Part shown: positions 1 through 9,145 of the stretch, in pieces
How positions within the stretch are numbered: position 1 is the first letter of the stretch
How the letters are laid out: each line of letters starts with the position of its first letter
NCBI GenBank assembly: GCA_022394755.1
Contig: JAGFCA010000024.1
Coordinates: 12,368-76,367, forward strand
From: Candidatus Poribacteria bacterium
GTDB lineage: Bacteria; Poribacteria; WGA-4E; WGA-3G
Direction of reading: 5' to 3'
Length of the DNA: 64,000 nucleotides
Program-made: the position numbers and the translations under genes
Notes under the pieces: generated by a model
Told to the model about the DNA's origin: nothing
Seen by the model: only the letters and a program-made list of their open reading frames with translations
Databases searched by the model: none

Positions 1-702
1 GATCAGATACGTGAGCTTCAGCAAAAGATTCATTATCCACCTCTTGAAGGTAGAAGAAAAATCTATATCTTAGTTAATACGGAATGTATGAATAATTATG
101 CAGCAAATTCACTGCTAAAGACATTAGAAGAACCGCCTTCCGCCTCAACTATTGTCCTATTAACTGAGAATATTGAAACAATACTTCCCACAATACGGTC
201 TCGTTGCCAAGTTCTCCCCTTTTATCCATTGGCACAGAAAGAACTAACAGTAGCATTAATGGGACAATTTAACATTGATGAACACACTGCTTCATCAATT
301 ACAATATTGTCTGGTGGAGTGGTAGGAAATGCCATTTCACTAATTGAGCAAGATTCTATAGGTGAAGAATCAGTTCCAAAAATACTTATTGAAACAGAAA
401 AATTAGCAGCTTTTCGGTTAGCAGAAGAGTTTGAAAAGGATATTGAAAATTTAGATAAATTGATTTCATGGTATAGAGATCTGTTATTTATTCAACAAGA
501 CGCACCTATCGAACTTTTGACACATAGAACCGCAATTGAACAACTACAAATGCTTACGCCGAGATATTCAAGAGTACGTATTCAACAATCCATAAAAACT
601 GTTTTTAAGACTAAGGAACTTATAAAGAACACCAATGTAACTAAGATATTAGCACTTGAGGTAATGTGTCTACAGTTATTACAGGATGAAAACAGTTCAT
701 AA
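1..702 (+). CDS. holB: DNA polymerase III delta-prime subunit (clamp loader), 5'-truncated by window start
   Basis: Reading frame open from nt 1 (DQIRELQQKIHYPPLEGRRKIYILVNTECMNNYAANSLLKTLEEPP...). The 'NxxAANSLLKTLEEPP' motif is typical of the clamp-loader delta-prime/gamma family. ORF track 88..702 is the in-window part from an internal Met. Confidence 0.8.
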   Translation, partial: DQIRELQQKIHYPPLEGRRKIYILVNTECMNNYAANSLLKTLEEPPSASTIVLLTENIETILPTIRSRCQVLPFYPLAQKELTVALMGQFNIDEHTASSITILSGGVVGNAISLIEQDSIGEESVPKILIETEKLAAFRLAEEFEKDIENLDKLISWYRDLLFIQQDAPIELLTHRTAIEQLQMLTPRYSRVRIQQSIKTVFKTKELIKNTNVTKILALEVMCLQLLQDENSS

Positions 703-751
703 TCAAATCGAATTTATACTATTATAGATAATTCAAACGGCTTAAACCATT

Positions 752-1699
752 ATGTCAGATTTAACCTTAAAAGCAAAAGTCATGGAATCGGAGGAACGAT
801 ACCCAGAAGCAATTGCATTCTATGATGAAATCCTGATGTGTGAAACAGATTCTGATACCCTTGCTTATGTCTATTATCGTCTCGGTTCTATCTATAGAGA
901 ATGGAATGAATTATATGCATCACAGCGATTTCTATCTCAAGCACACAAGATAAATAGTGAGAATTCTGAAATACGTGAGTCACTCGAATCACTAAATAGA
1001 CATTTTAGTGATAATAAAGACTTGGTGACTGATCAAATGTCCAGACAAAACAGTAATCAGATTGTCTCTCTGTTCCGTATTGCAACTGGAATTAAACTCA
1101 TATCAATGAATAAATCAGTACAGGCATACCCACTATTAAAAAGTAGAACAAAAATATATCCTAATGCTGCAGTAGCAAAACATCTTCTCACTGATATTTC
1201 TATTACACAAGAAGAACGAAATTCTGCAATTGAATTTCTAATTGAGAGAGAATGGTTATTAAATTCTGGTGTAGACCTATATACAATATCCGTCAGTGGA
1301 TTGTATATGTTTTATATTACACTTGGAAAATTACATTTGGATAATACTGCCTATACGGATGGAATAAGTTGTTTTGATCAAGCATATCGGTTAGATAATT
1401 CTCAGATCGAATCTTTATATTATAAGGTTATCTGTTATTCATATCAAAATGAATGGAATCAGTCTATCAGTTTAATCCAAGAATTACCTGACACTATCCC
1501 AAGCAACATAGATCCAGTTGAATATCTGAGTGCTGTTGCTAATAGTTATCATCACAGATATCAAGAGTCTAATGAAGAATCTGATAAACAACAAGTGATC
1601 AAAGCATGTAATTCGGTGTTAGAGATAGATAAAAAAGACAAGACTATCTCTAACCTATTAGATTCTTACAAGAATAGAAAATCTTGGTGGCGTAGATAG
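752..1699 (+). CDS. TPR-like repeat protein, hypothetical
   Basis: 315-aa ORF with helical-repeat composition (AIAFYDEIL..YYRLGSIYREWNELYASQRFLSQAH). No catalytic motif recognised. Confidence 0.5.
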   Translation: MSDLTLKAKVMESEERYPEAIAFYDEILMCETDSDTLAYVYYRLGSIYREWNELYASQRFLSQAHKINSENSEIRESLESLNRHFSDNKDLVTDQMSRQNSNQIVSLFRIATGIKLISMNKSVQAYPLLKSRTKIYPNAAVAKHLLTDISITQEERNSAIEFLIEREWLLNSGVDLYTISVSGLYMFYITLGKLHLDNTAYTDGISCFDQAYRLDNSQIESLYYKVICYSYQNEWNQSISLIQELPDTIPSNIDPVEYLSAVANSYHHRYQESNEESDKQQVIKACNSVLEIDKKDKTISNLLDSYKNRKSWWRR

Positions 1700-1924
1700 T
1701 AATTCAAAATCAGTATATCCAATTACATTAGTAATAGATAATTCATTTTATACTGTATTGTATCAAGAATACCTAAACTTTAACGCTTCTGATGCGTCGA
1801 ATTAGTTACGTAATTGACCCGAATTAATAAACCATTTCTACTGAACATTCACACATATCATCTGTCAAATAGATATACATTTTTCTCAAGAAACACCTGC
1901 ATTAGAGTTTTTAGTTTTAAGGAG

Positions 1925-3265
1925 ATGCTAATGGTTCGTTGTTATAATAGATTTCTACTAATTTTATTCACCATACAACTTACAGTCACTTCTTGTATAT
2001 TTGCTCAAGAACAACAAGAAATTGACTTATCAAGACCTTTAACCCTGGAACAGTGTGTCCAAATGGGTTTGGAAACTGCAACAAGTATACGAAATGCTCG
2101 ATTAAGTTTAGCTATTCAAGAATTACGAGTGAAAAATTCTCGTGCGGGATATTTTCCAACAGTCACTTCTTCTGGTCGATACGATTTTAATGATCGAATC
2201 GATTTTGGGTTTGAACCAGAGAACTACGATTTAGGATTAACAGGTCGGTACACACTCTGGGATAATGGACAACGTGAAGTAAACCGTGCCCAAGCTAAAG
2301 AGGGGTTGATTGCAACAATCAACAGGAATGAAGGTATCAAACAGAATCTGATCCTGCAGATAACTCAAGGATATTATAATGTCTTAAAGGATTCAGAACT
2401 GGTAAAAGTTAGTCAAGAAGTCTTAGCTCGTTCGAAAGAAAATACAGCACAGACAGTTGCTCTTGAAGAAGCTGGGGTTCTTATTAAAGCTGATGTAGCC
2501 ACAGCAAGAGTGCGTGAAGCAAATTCGGAATTAGGATTATTAAACAATGAGAATTCATTTCAAATTTCAAAAGCAACACTACCAAGGTTAATGGGTTTAG
2601 ATCCTGGTGTATTAATAACAGTGGCTGTAGATGAATCGTACCAATTATATTTGGAACGGGGAACAATTGAGAAAATTGACATTACTGTAGAAGAAGCCAT
2701 CCAAATTGCTCTTGATAACCGACCCGAATTTAAAGAGACAGATGCACAATTGAAACAGCAAGAATGGAGTCTAATACTCTCAAAATTACAAAGATGGCCC
2801 AGATTAAGTGCAAACGCAAACTACAATGTCAATTTGGATGATTACCTGCGTAACCGGGATTCATTTTCAGATTTTCGAAGTTGGAGTATCGGAGCATCTA
2901 TGAATTTCACGTTATTTGATGCAGGTATTCTGAGTAATCAGGTCAAAGAACGGAATATGCAGTTGGAACAAACAAGAGAGAATGCCAGTGATCTTGAACG
3001 CTCTATCGCTCTCGGAGTTCGGCAGAGTTATCTTAATCTTAAAAGAAGCGAAATTGCTGTTGAAATCTCAAACACACAGGTAATTAATGCACAACTTAGT
3101 TTAGATGTTATTGAAGGTCGCTACAAAGTCGGTAAAGCAATTCTTCTTGAAGTTCTTGATGCACAGACAAGTTATGCTCAAGCACTAACGAATAAGGTGA
3201 ATGCTTTCTATGATTATAAAATTGCACATGCACGGTTACAAGATGCTATGGGAGTTTTAGAGTAG
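1925..3265 (+). CDS. TolC-like outer membrane efflux protein (outer membrane factor)
   Basis: ORF track 1814..3265, but AAGGAG at 1918-1923 then ATG 1925 gives MLMVRCYNRFLLILFTIQLTVTSCIFAQ, a signal peptide. Two-repeat TolC-like architecture with coiled-coil-prone segments. Immediately followed by a membrane fusion protein. Confidence 0.65.
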   Translation: MLMVRCYNRFLLILFTIQLTVTSCIFAQEQQEIDLSRPLTLEQCVQMGLETATSIRNARLSLAIQELRVKNSRAGYFPTVTSSGRYDFNDRIDFGFEPENYDLGLTGRYTLWDNGQREVNRAQAKEGLIATINRNEGIKQNLILQITQGYYNVLKDSELVKVSQEVLARSKENTAQTVALEEAGVLIKADVATARVREANSELGLLNNENSFQISKATLPRLMGLDPGVLITVAVDESYQLYLERGTIEKIDITVEEAIQIALDNRPEFKETDAQLKQQEWSLILSKLQRWPRLSANANYNVNLDDYLRNRDSFSDFRSWSIGASMNFTLFDAGILSNQVKERNMQLEQTRENASDLERSIALGVRQSYLNLKRSEIAVEISNTQVINAQLSLDVIEGRYKVGKAILLEVLDAQTSYAQALTNKVNAFYDYKIAHARLQDAMGVLE

Positions 3266-3267
3266 CA

Positions 3268-5226
3268 ATGAAATTCAGCAAAAAATGGATCGTTTTTACC
3301 GCCATTGCTTTAGTAGTAATCGTAGGTGGCGTGGTTGGTATAACTCGGTTCAACTCTGGTAAAAAGAACGAGGATGAAGAAGATAAACAAGAGGTAGTAC
3401 GGCGCGGTGAATTTCTTGTAAAAATCCAAGAAACAGGGAACTTACGATCTCTACTGGAAGTTGATGTTAGATCTAATGTTGAAGGAGAGATCGTTGAAAT
3501 TTTCGTTGAGGAAAGCAATGTTGTGGAAGTTGATGACCCATTGCTCAGAATTGATGAGGAACAGATTTTAGAAGAAAAAAAACAAGCCGAAGCCTATAGA
3601 GATGCCCGAAAGGCAGAACTTGAACAAGCAGATCTACGGATACAAATAGCAGAAAAACGTGAAGAAAGCGATCTACTTCAAGCTAAAAATTCAGTATCAA
3701 AAGCTGAAGCGAACCTTCAATCTTTTGCAGCAAATAAACAACAACGGATTACAGAAGCGCAAACACTTGTCGCAACAACTCAGAACTTATTAAACAGAGA
3801 TAAAATCACACTCAAACAGGGTGAAATATCTTTAACCCAAGCAAAATTAACCCTTGATAGAAGAAAGGCGAATGTTGATTCGGCTAAAATCACTCTTGAA
3901 ACAACACAATCAGAACATAAACGTAATGAAGACCTTTTTAATCAACAATTAATATCACAACAAACTTTAGAGGAATCTCAAAGACAGCTCGTATTAAATA
4001 GATCTAATTACGAGACAGCTCAAAAGGAAGTTGAGTCACAAAATGAGACTATTAAGTCGCAAGAAGAAAGTATAAATGCAATGCAGGAAGCTATCCTCAG
4101 TCGGAAAGCTACACTTGCACTGAATAAGAAGAATGTTGATACTGTAATTGAATCACAAAATGCCCAAGAAAGACAACTTAAGGCTGATTTAGATAATGCT
4201 AAGACACGATTACAACAAACTTTAGAAACAACCGAAGAAGAAAAAGACCTTACAAAACATTCGAAAGTAAGTGCAAAAGCCAACCTGCTCCAAGCTGAAA
4301 GTAGACTCAAATCACAACAGGAAAGATACGAATGGACAACTGTTAGAGCACCAATGGCAGGAACCATTACACGAATATCAGTTGAAGAAGGGGAAATCAT
4401 CACATCTGGTAGATCCTCGTTTTCTCGAGGTGAAGCAATCATGAAAATTGCTGATTTAACACAGATGATTGTCCGAACCCAAATTAATCAAGTTGAAATT
4501 GGTAAAATTAAACCAGGACAACGAGTTGAAATTAGAGTTGATAGTTACAGGAACAAAGTATTCCAAGGGGCAGTTAGTGAAATATCCCCAAGTTCAACGC
4601 CACGTGGTCCAAATAGTGGAGGTTCAGTGATTACCTTTGAAGTTGAAATATCTGTAGAAATTCCTGAAGAGGAATTTAAACTATTCCCAGGTATGTCTGC
4701 AGATGTAGATATAATTGTATTTGAAAAACCTGATATTCTACAAATTCCTATCTCGGCAGTTTTAAGTCCTGAGGTAGTGACTGTTAATGCTACGCTACAA
4801 CCCAGTCAACTCACTCAATTTCAACAAGGTCAGAAACTCAAAGTACAGGATCTGATAGGGAAAAAGTTTGAAGGACAAGTTGGTAAGATCTTACATACAG
4901 AATCACGTGATAATCTTGAAGTGCTTCTTGATGAACCACCAAAAGGTCTTCGTACTGGTCCAACAGAAATCACACTGATTATTTCTGATAATAATCGGAT
5001 ATCTGGTGTTCAGGCAAACATAAAGAGTGAACGTCAACATTTTGTCAAACTTGATACAGGAGTAAAACCCAAAAAGGGTGATAAGGAAAAAGGTGTTAAA
5101 ACTCATATAAAAGTAGGCAGAAGAAACAAGACACACTTTGAAGTTATTAGTGGATTAAAAGAAGGAGATCGGGTATTTGTACCTTCAATGATGGAATTGA
5201 CAAAGGGTGAAAAGAACGATAAGTAA
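3268..5226 (+). CDS. HlyD-family periplasmic adaptor (membrane fusion protein), unusually long coiled-coil
   Basis: N-terminal TM (WIVFTAIALVVIVGGVVGI), very long E/K/Q-rich coiled-coil, then a beta-barrel/lipoyl-like C-terminal region (MAGTITRISVEEGEIIT; GQRVEIRVDSY). ATG 3 nt after the TolC-like stop. Confidence 0.75.
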   Translation: MKFSKKWIVFTAIALVVIVGGVVGITRFNSGKKNEDEEDKQEVVRRGEFLVKIQETGNLRSLLEVDVRSNVEGEIVEIFVEESNVVEVDDPLLRIDEEQILEEKKQAEAYRDARKAELEQADLRIQIAEKREESDLLQAKNSVSKAEANLQSFAANKQQRITEAQTLVATTQNLLNRDKITLKQGEISLTQAKLTLDRRKANVDSAKITLETTQSEHKRNEDLFNQQLISQQTLEESQRQLVLNRSNYETAQKEVESQNETIKSQEESINAMQEAILSRKATLALNKKNVDTVIESQNAQERQLKADLDNAKTRLQQTLETTEEEKDLTKHSKVSAKANLLQAESRLKSQQERYEWTTVRAPMAGTITRISVEEGEIITSGRSSFSRGEAIMKIADLTQMIVRTQINQVEIGKIKPGQRVEIRVDSYRNKVFQGAVSEISPSSTPRGPNSGGSVITFEVEISVEIPEEEFKLFPGMSADVDIIVFEKPDILQIPISAVLSPEVVTVNATLQPSQLTQFQQGQKLKVQDLIGKKFEGQVGKILHTESRDNLEVLLDEPPKGLRTGPTEITLIISDNNRISGVQANIKSERQHFVKLDTGVKPKKGDKEKGVKTHIKVGRRNKTHFEVISGLKEGDRVFVPSMMELTKGEKNDK

Positions 5227-5321
5227 CCTACTCTGAAATGATTACTATTTCTCTCCGTTTGATAGTCTGTAAGTTGAATGCTGTTCTGATAGAGATGTTC
5301 GAATAAGAGGTAAGATTGGAA

Positions 5322-6002
5322 ATGTTAATAAATGTAAATGATCTAACTAAAGTATATGAGATGGGTGATGTCCAAGTACATGCACTTAGAGGAGTCACCT
5401 TCAACGTTGATTCCGGTGAATTTATCGCTATTATGGGACCATCTGGATCTGGTAAGTCAACTATGATGGATATTTTAGGTTGTCTGGCAACGCCAACATC
5501 TGGAGAGTATTTTTTAGAAGGCGAAGAAGTAGGTAAATTATCTGACAACAGACTTGCTGATATTCGAAATAGGAAAATCGGTTTTGTGTTTCAATCCTTT
5601 AACCTTCTACCACGTACCAGTGCCCTACACAATGTAGAATTGCCATTGATCTATTCTGGATTAGGTAGAAAAGAAAGAAAAAGACGCGCTTTTGAGGCAT
5701 TGGAAGCAGTCGGTTTGGCAGATCGCGTTGATCACAAATCAACTGAACTCTCTGGTGGACAAGTTCAACGGGTTGCAATAGCACGCGCCTTAGTCAATAA
5801 ACCATCAATGATCTTCGCAGATGAACCTACTGGTAACCTTGATACGAGATCCGGTAATGAAATCCTTGCAATCTTTGATCGTCTCAATGAGGAAGGAAAT
5901 ACCATAATTATGGTAACACATGAACCAGAAGTGGCTGAACATGCCGAACGTGTACTCCATATTAGAGATGGTCTCATTGAGCGTGATGAAAGGCGAAACT
6001 AA
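5322..6002 (+). CDS. ABC transporter ATP-binding protein, MacB/LolD-type (ATPase only, no fused permease)
   Basis: Walker [10 protein letters not shown], signature [15 protein letters not shown], Walker [16 protein letters not shown] track starts at TTG 5316; ATG 5322 ([12 protein letters not shown]) preferred. Confidence 0.85.
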   Translation: MLINVNDLTKVYEMGDVQVHALRGVTFNVDSGEFIAIMGPSGSGKSTMMDILGCLATPTSGEYFLEGEEVGKLSDNRLADIRNRKIGFVFQSFNLLPRTSALHNVELPLIYSGLGRKERKRRAFEALEAVGLADRVDHKSTELSGGQVQRVAIARALVNKPSMIFADEPTGNLDTRSGNEILAIFDRLNEEGNTIIMVTHEPEVAEHAERVLHIRDGLIERDERRN

Positions 6003-6978
6003 ACGTACTAACAAAATCCAGATTACTACTCCCTCCCGTCTTCATTTTTCATTAATTGATCTTAATGGAAAACTCGGTCGTATTGATGGTGGATTCGGCT
6101 TAGCAATTAACAATCCTAATTTTCAGATTATAGCTGAACCTGCTTCAGATATATATATACAATCTAAAGACTACCTGGATCGCGCTACAGAAATAGTTGC
6201 AACACTAAAGAAATCCCTCCCTTTCCCCGGTATAAACCTTAGGATAGTCAATGAAATTCCCAACCATAGTGGATTTGGTTCAGGGACACAACTATCTCTT
6301 GCCATTTCGACAGCAGTTAATGAATTATACAATCTAAATTTAACACATCCTGAACTTACTCATTTAGTAGGTAGAGGAGGCACATCAGGGATTGGTATTG
6401 CTGCGTATAAAAGGGGTGGATTCATAGTAGATGGAGGACACAAATATCCAGAGCAGAAAGCATCATTTCTCCCTTCTGCAGCAGTTGAAAATATATCACC
6501 TCCTCCAATTTTAGCACGTTATACTTTTCCTTCTTGGCCACTACTCATTGTAATACCAAATTGTAGGAAAATATTTGGAGAAGAAGAATTAGAATTGTTC
6601 CGGACACTATGTCCACAACCAGAAACAGTAGCACCGAAGCTATCACACTTATTATTATTGAAAATATTGCCATCAATTATTGAAGATGATGTAAAAAGTT
6701 TCGGCAATGCTTTGAACAGTATTCAGTCTTTTGGATGGAAAAAAGTTGAAATAGATGCTCAAGGAATAGAATTGAAAAAGACATTAGCATTCCTACAAGA
6801 TAGTGGTGCTTTAGGGGCAGGAGTAAGTAGTTGGGGACCGGCTATTTGTGCTGTTAGTGATAATATTGATAGGTTAAGACTAAAAACAGAGAATTTCCTA
6901 TCAACATTACCTAACGGTGGAACTTGTTTTGTAACCTATGCCAACAACAAAGGTGTAGAAATTAAAAAAGTTGACTGA
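5986..6978 (+). CDS. GHMP-kinase-fold protein, beta-RFAP synthase-like family (COG1907-like), hypothetical
   Basis: ORF track 5920..6978 overlaps the ABC ATPase; internal ATG 5986 (MKGETKR...) gives a 17-nt overlap. Motif [24 protein letters not shown] resembles the GHMP phosphate-binding loop. [19 protein letters not shown]-terminal pattern recalled from beta-RFAP synthase family. Assignment from memory, not searched. Confidence 0.4.
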   Translation: MKGETKRTNKIQITTPSRLHFSLIDLNGKLGRIDGGFGLAINNPNFQIIAEPASDIYIQSKDYLDRATEIVATLKKSLPFPGINLRIVNEIPNHSGFGSGTQLSLAISTAVNELYNLNLTHPELTHLVGRGGTSGIGIAAYKRGGFIVDGGHKYPEQKASFLPSAAVENISPPPILARYTFPSWPLLIVIPNCRKIFGEEELELFRTLCPQPETVAPKLSHLLLLKILPSIIEDDVKSFGNALNSIQSFGWKKVEIDAQGIELKKTLAFLQDSGALGAGVSSWGPAICAVSDNIDRLRLKTENFLSTLPNGGTCFVTYANNKGVEIKKVD

Positions 6979-7074
6979 AATCTTCTTAATTCAGCCAACT
7001 TTACAATTTATTCTAAGAATCTATTCTTTTTATTCCAGTTAATATTCCCTGCAAATTAGTAATCTATATAGGAA

Positions 7075-7689
7075 TTATCCTTTTCCTTGGGAATAGTAAG
7101 GATTATCTCCAGCAGCGTGATCTGTTGTATCAATCACTCTTTTGATTTCTGGAAAAACTTCTTGAATCATACCCTCAATACCATGTTTGAGTGTAACATT
7201 CGCCATACCACATCCCTGACAACCACCACCCATATGGATATAGATGGCATCATCTTCAACATTTAATAATTCTATCTGACCACCATGAGCGGCGACAGCT
7301 GGATTAATTCGTTCATCAATTAATTCTTGAATCTTCTGTGCTTTTGGATTATCCCAAGTAGGTGTGTTTGGATTATCAATCTTAAAACCACTTGAATTTA
7401 GATCTTCGACGTAATCAATAACTGCACCTTTGAGATCAGAGGCACTATTGGAATCCACGAGAACTTTAAACGATCCATTATCAATAACGATGTCCCCATC
7501 TTCAGCCTCAGTAGCTAAACCAAGACTGTATTGAAAAGAAGTTGCATTACGTCCTTCAATAGAAATTCGCAGCCCTTCCACTTCAACGTCTTCTGAAGCG
7601 ATTACGGATTGAATCTTTTCCTTAGCGGTAGGTGTAATATCCAATAAAGATTCTTCACTTCCCGCAATTTTCTTAAATAGATTCTTCAT
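7075..7689 (-). CDS. nfuA: Fe-S cluster biogenesis protein NfuA-like (IscA-like N-domain + Nfu C-domain)
   Basis: C-terminal Nfu motif HMGGGCQGCGMANVTLKHGIEGMIQEVFPEI with CxxC. N-terminal HesB/IscA-like fold lacking the Cys triad, as in NfuA. Confidence 0.65.
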   Translation of the reverse strand: MKNLFKKIAGSEESLLDITPTAKEKIQSVIASEDVEVEGLRISIEGRNATSFQYSLGLATEAEDGDIVIDNGSFKVLVDSNSASDLKGAVIDYVEDLNSSGFKIDNPNTPTWDNPKAQKIQELIDERINPAVAAHGGQIELLNVEDDAIYIHMGGGCQGCGMANVTLKHGIEGMIQEVFPEIKRVIDTTDHAAGDNPYYSQGKG

Positions 7690-7709
7690 TTATACCTCTT
7701 TTACCCATT

Positions 7710-8681
7710 TTATGCAGCGGTTTTACCAACTTTATAGTCATTGCGGAATTCACCCATCTCATTATATAGGGTGTTGAGTTGTGAAATCGCATAGATTTCT
7801 AACTGCCGTATACGTTCTCTGGTAACGTCAAGTGCGTCACCAATTTCGCGCAGAGTTTTTCTTTCTCCATCATCAAGTCCAAACCGCATTTTCAATACCT
7901 GTTGTTCCCGTTCTGGAAGTTTACTAAGGAATTGTTCGACCAAATCATTTTTAATCAGTTGTGAAATTGGACCATCTTCATTAGCAGTTGCTGGATCTTC
8001 AATCAAATCACCCAATGTTGCAGATGAACGTGATGACCGTTCTTCTCCAAGAGGTAAATCCATTGAAATGGTATCAGCATTAAAAGTAAGAATTTCTTCA
8101 ACCTGTTGAACAGTAAGGTCAAGAGCATCAGCAATTTCCTCACGTGACGGCTCTCTTTGTAATTCTTGGCAAAGTGATGCATAAGTGGCATCAAATTTGT
8201 TCATTTTAGCAACAATATATGCGGGTAACCGTATAGAACGGGCAAAATTATCAAGTGTTCTCATGATGGATTGCTTAATCCACCAAATAGCATATGTACT
8301 AAATTTGAACCCTTTCCTATAATCGAATTTACCAGCTGCTTTAATTAATCCTATATTCCCTTCTTGAATAAGGTCTTCAAGTGGTACTTTGTTTCCTTGA
8401 TACCTAACTGCAATAGAAATCACGAGACGTAAATTAGCCTGAACTAACTCATCCCTTGCCGTAGTATCACCAGCTTCAATTCTTTTTGCTAATTCTACTT
8501 CTTCTTCTCGAGTCAATAAACGATGTCCTGCAACGCTGCGTAACCAACTCGTTAATGCACTTCTATCACTACCCTTATAATCGTTTGAATATTCTGTTTC
8601 CTCCGAAGGATATGTAGTTTCATCAATAAACGGGTCTACACCTTCAATTTCTTCTGTATCACCGAAAAACTCGGTTTCCAT
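7710..8681 (-). CDS. RNA polymerase sigma-70 family factor (group 1/2, RpoD/RpoS-like), compact 323 aa
   Basis: Regions 2-4 recognisable (FSTYAIWWIKQSIMRTLDNFARSIRLPAY; TLREIGDALDVTRERIRQLE). Start set at ATG 8681 (METEFFG), preceded by GGAGAGGAG SD. ORF track begins 30 nt upstream at 8711. Confidence 0.85.
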   Translation of the reverse strand: METEFFGDTEEIEGVDPFIDETTYPSEETEYSNDYKGSDRSALTSWLRSVAGHRLLTREEEVELAKRIEAGDTTARDELVQANLRLVISIAVRYQGNKVPLEDLIQEGNIGLIKAAGKFDYRKGFKFSTYAIWWIKQSIMRTLDNFARSIRLPAYIVAKMNKFDATYASLCQELQREPSREEIADALDLTVQQVEEILTFNADTISMDLPLGEERSSRSSATLGDLIEDPATANEDGPISQLIKNDLVEQFLSKLPEREQQVLKMRFGLDDGERKTLREIGDALDVTRERIRQLEIYAISQLNTLYNEMGEFRNDYKVGKTAA

Positions 8682-9145
8682 TCGTCTCCTCTCCTTATAT
8701 TTGATAATCATAAAATCTGCCGAAGATATATACTACATTATACTATAACGTTTTGTCAAGCAAATTGTTTAAAAAACTTGCAAAATAGTCTAATTTATTA
8801 AAATTGTTGTTAAAACCTTAGTTTTTCTAATAGCATGACAAGAATACGAACATATTCAGTTTAGGTATGTCTATATACATCAAACATCTGAAATATGAGT
8901 AATATTGTAATACCAGAAATTCCTATTATTATACGTATTGAATAGAATTTCGATACAATTGATGTTGTCAATCGGCTAAAAATAAAAACCTTGGTATATT
9001 CCTATATATTAATTGTATAATTTTAATTGACATAGAATTCTGGAAAACTCGAAAAACAAAATAATCAAAGTATATCTTCTAAACGTAATAACACAATTTG
9101 CGTCATACCTTTCGTTACCAACAATAAGGAAGTAATTATAAGAAT

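Noticed and set aside
2484-2666. Short minus-strand ORFs lying antisense inside long plus-strand genes, and the converse on the other strand (e.g. 2484-2666, 3246-3518, 4020-4442, 9493-9726, 17983-18444, 18949-19580, 20049-20882, 24378-24707, 25602-25907, 52837-53196, 56790-56999)
   Set aside because: They are embedded antisense in well-supported genes with recognisable domains. They lack SD sequences and family similarity, and their low-complexity Ser/Ile-rich translations are typical antisense artefacts of AT-rich genomes.
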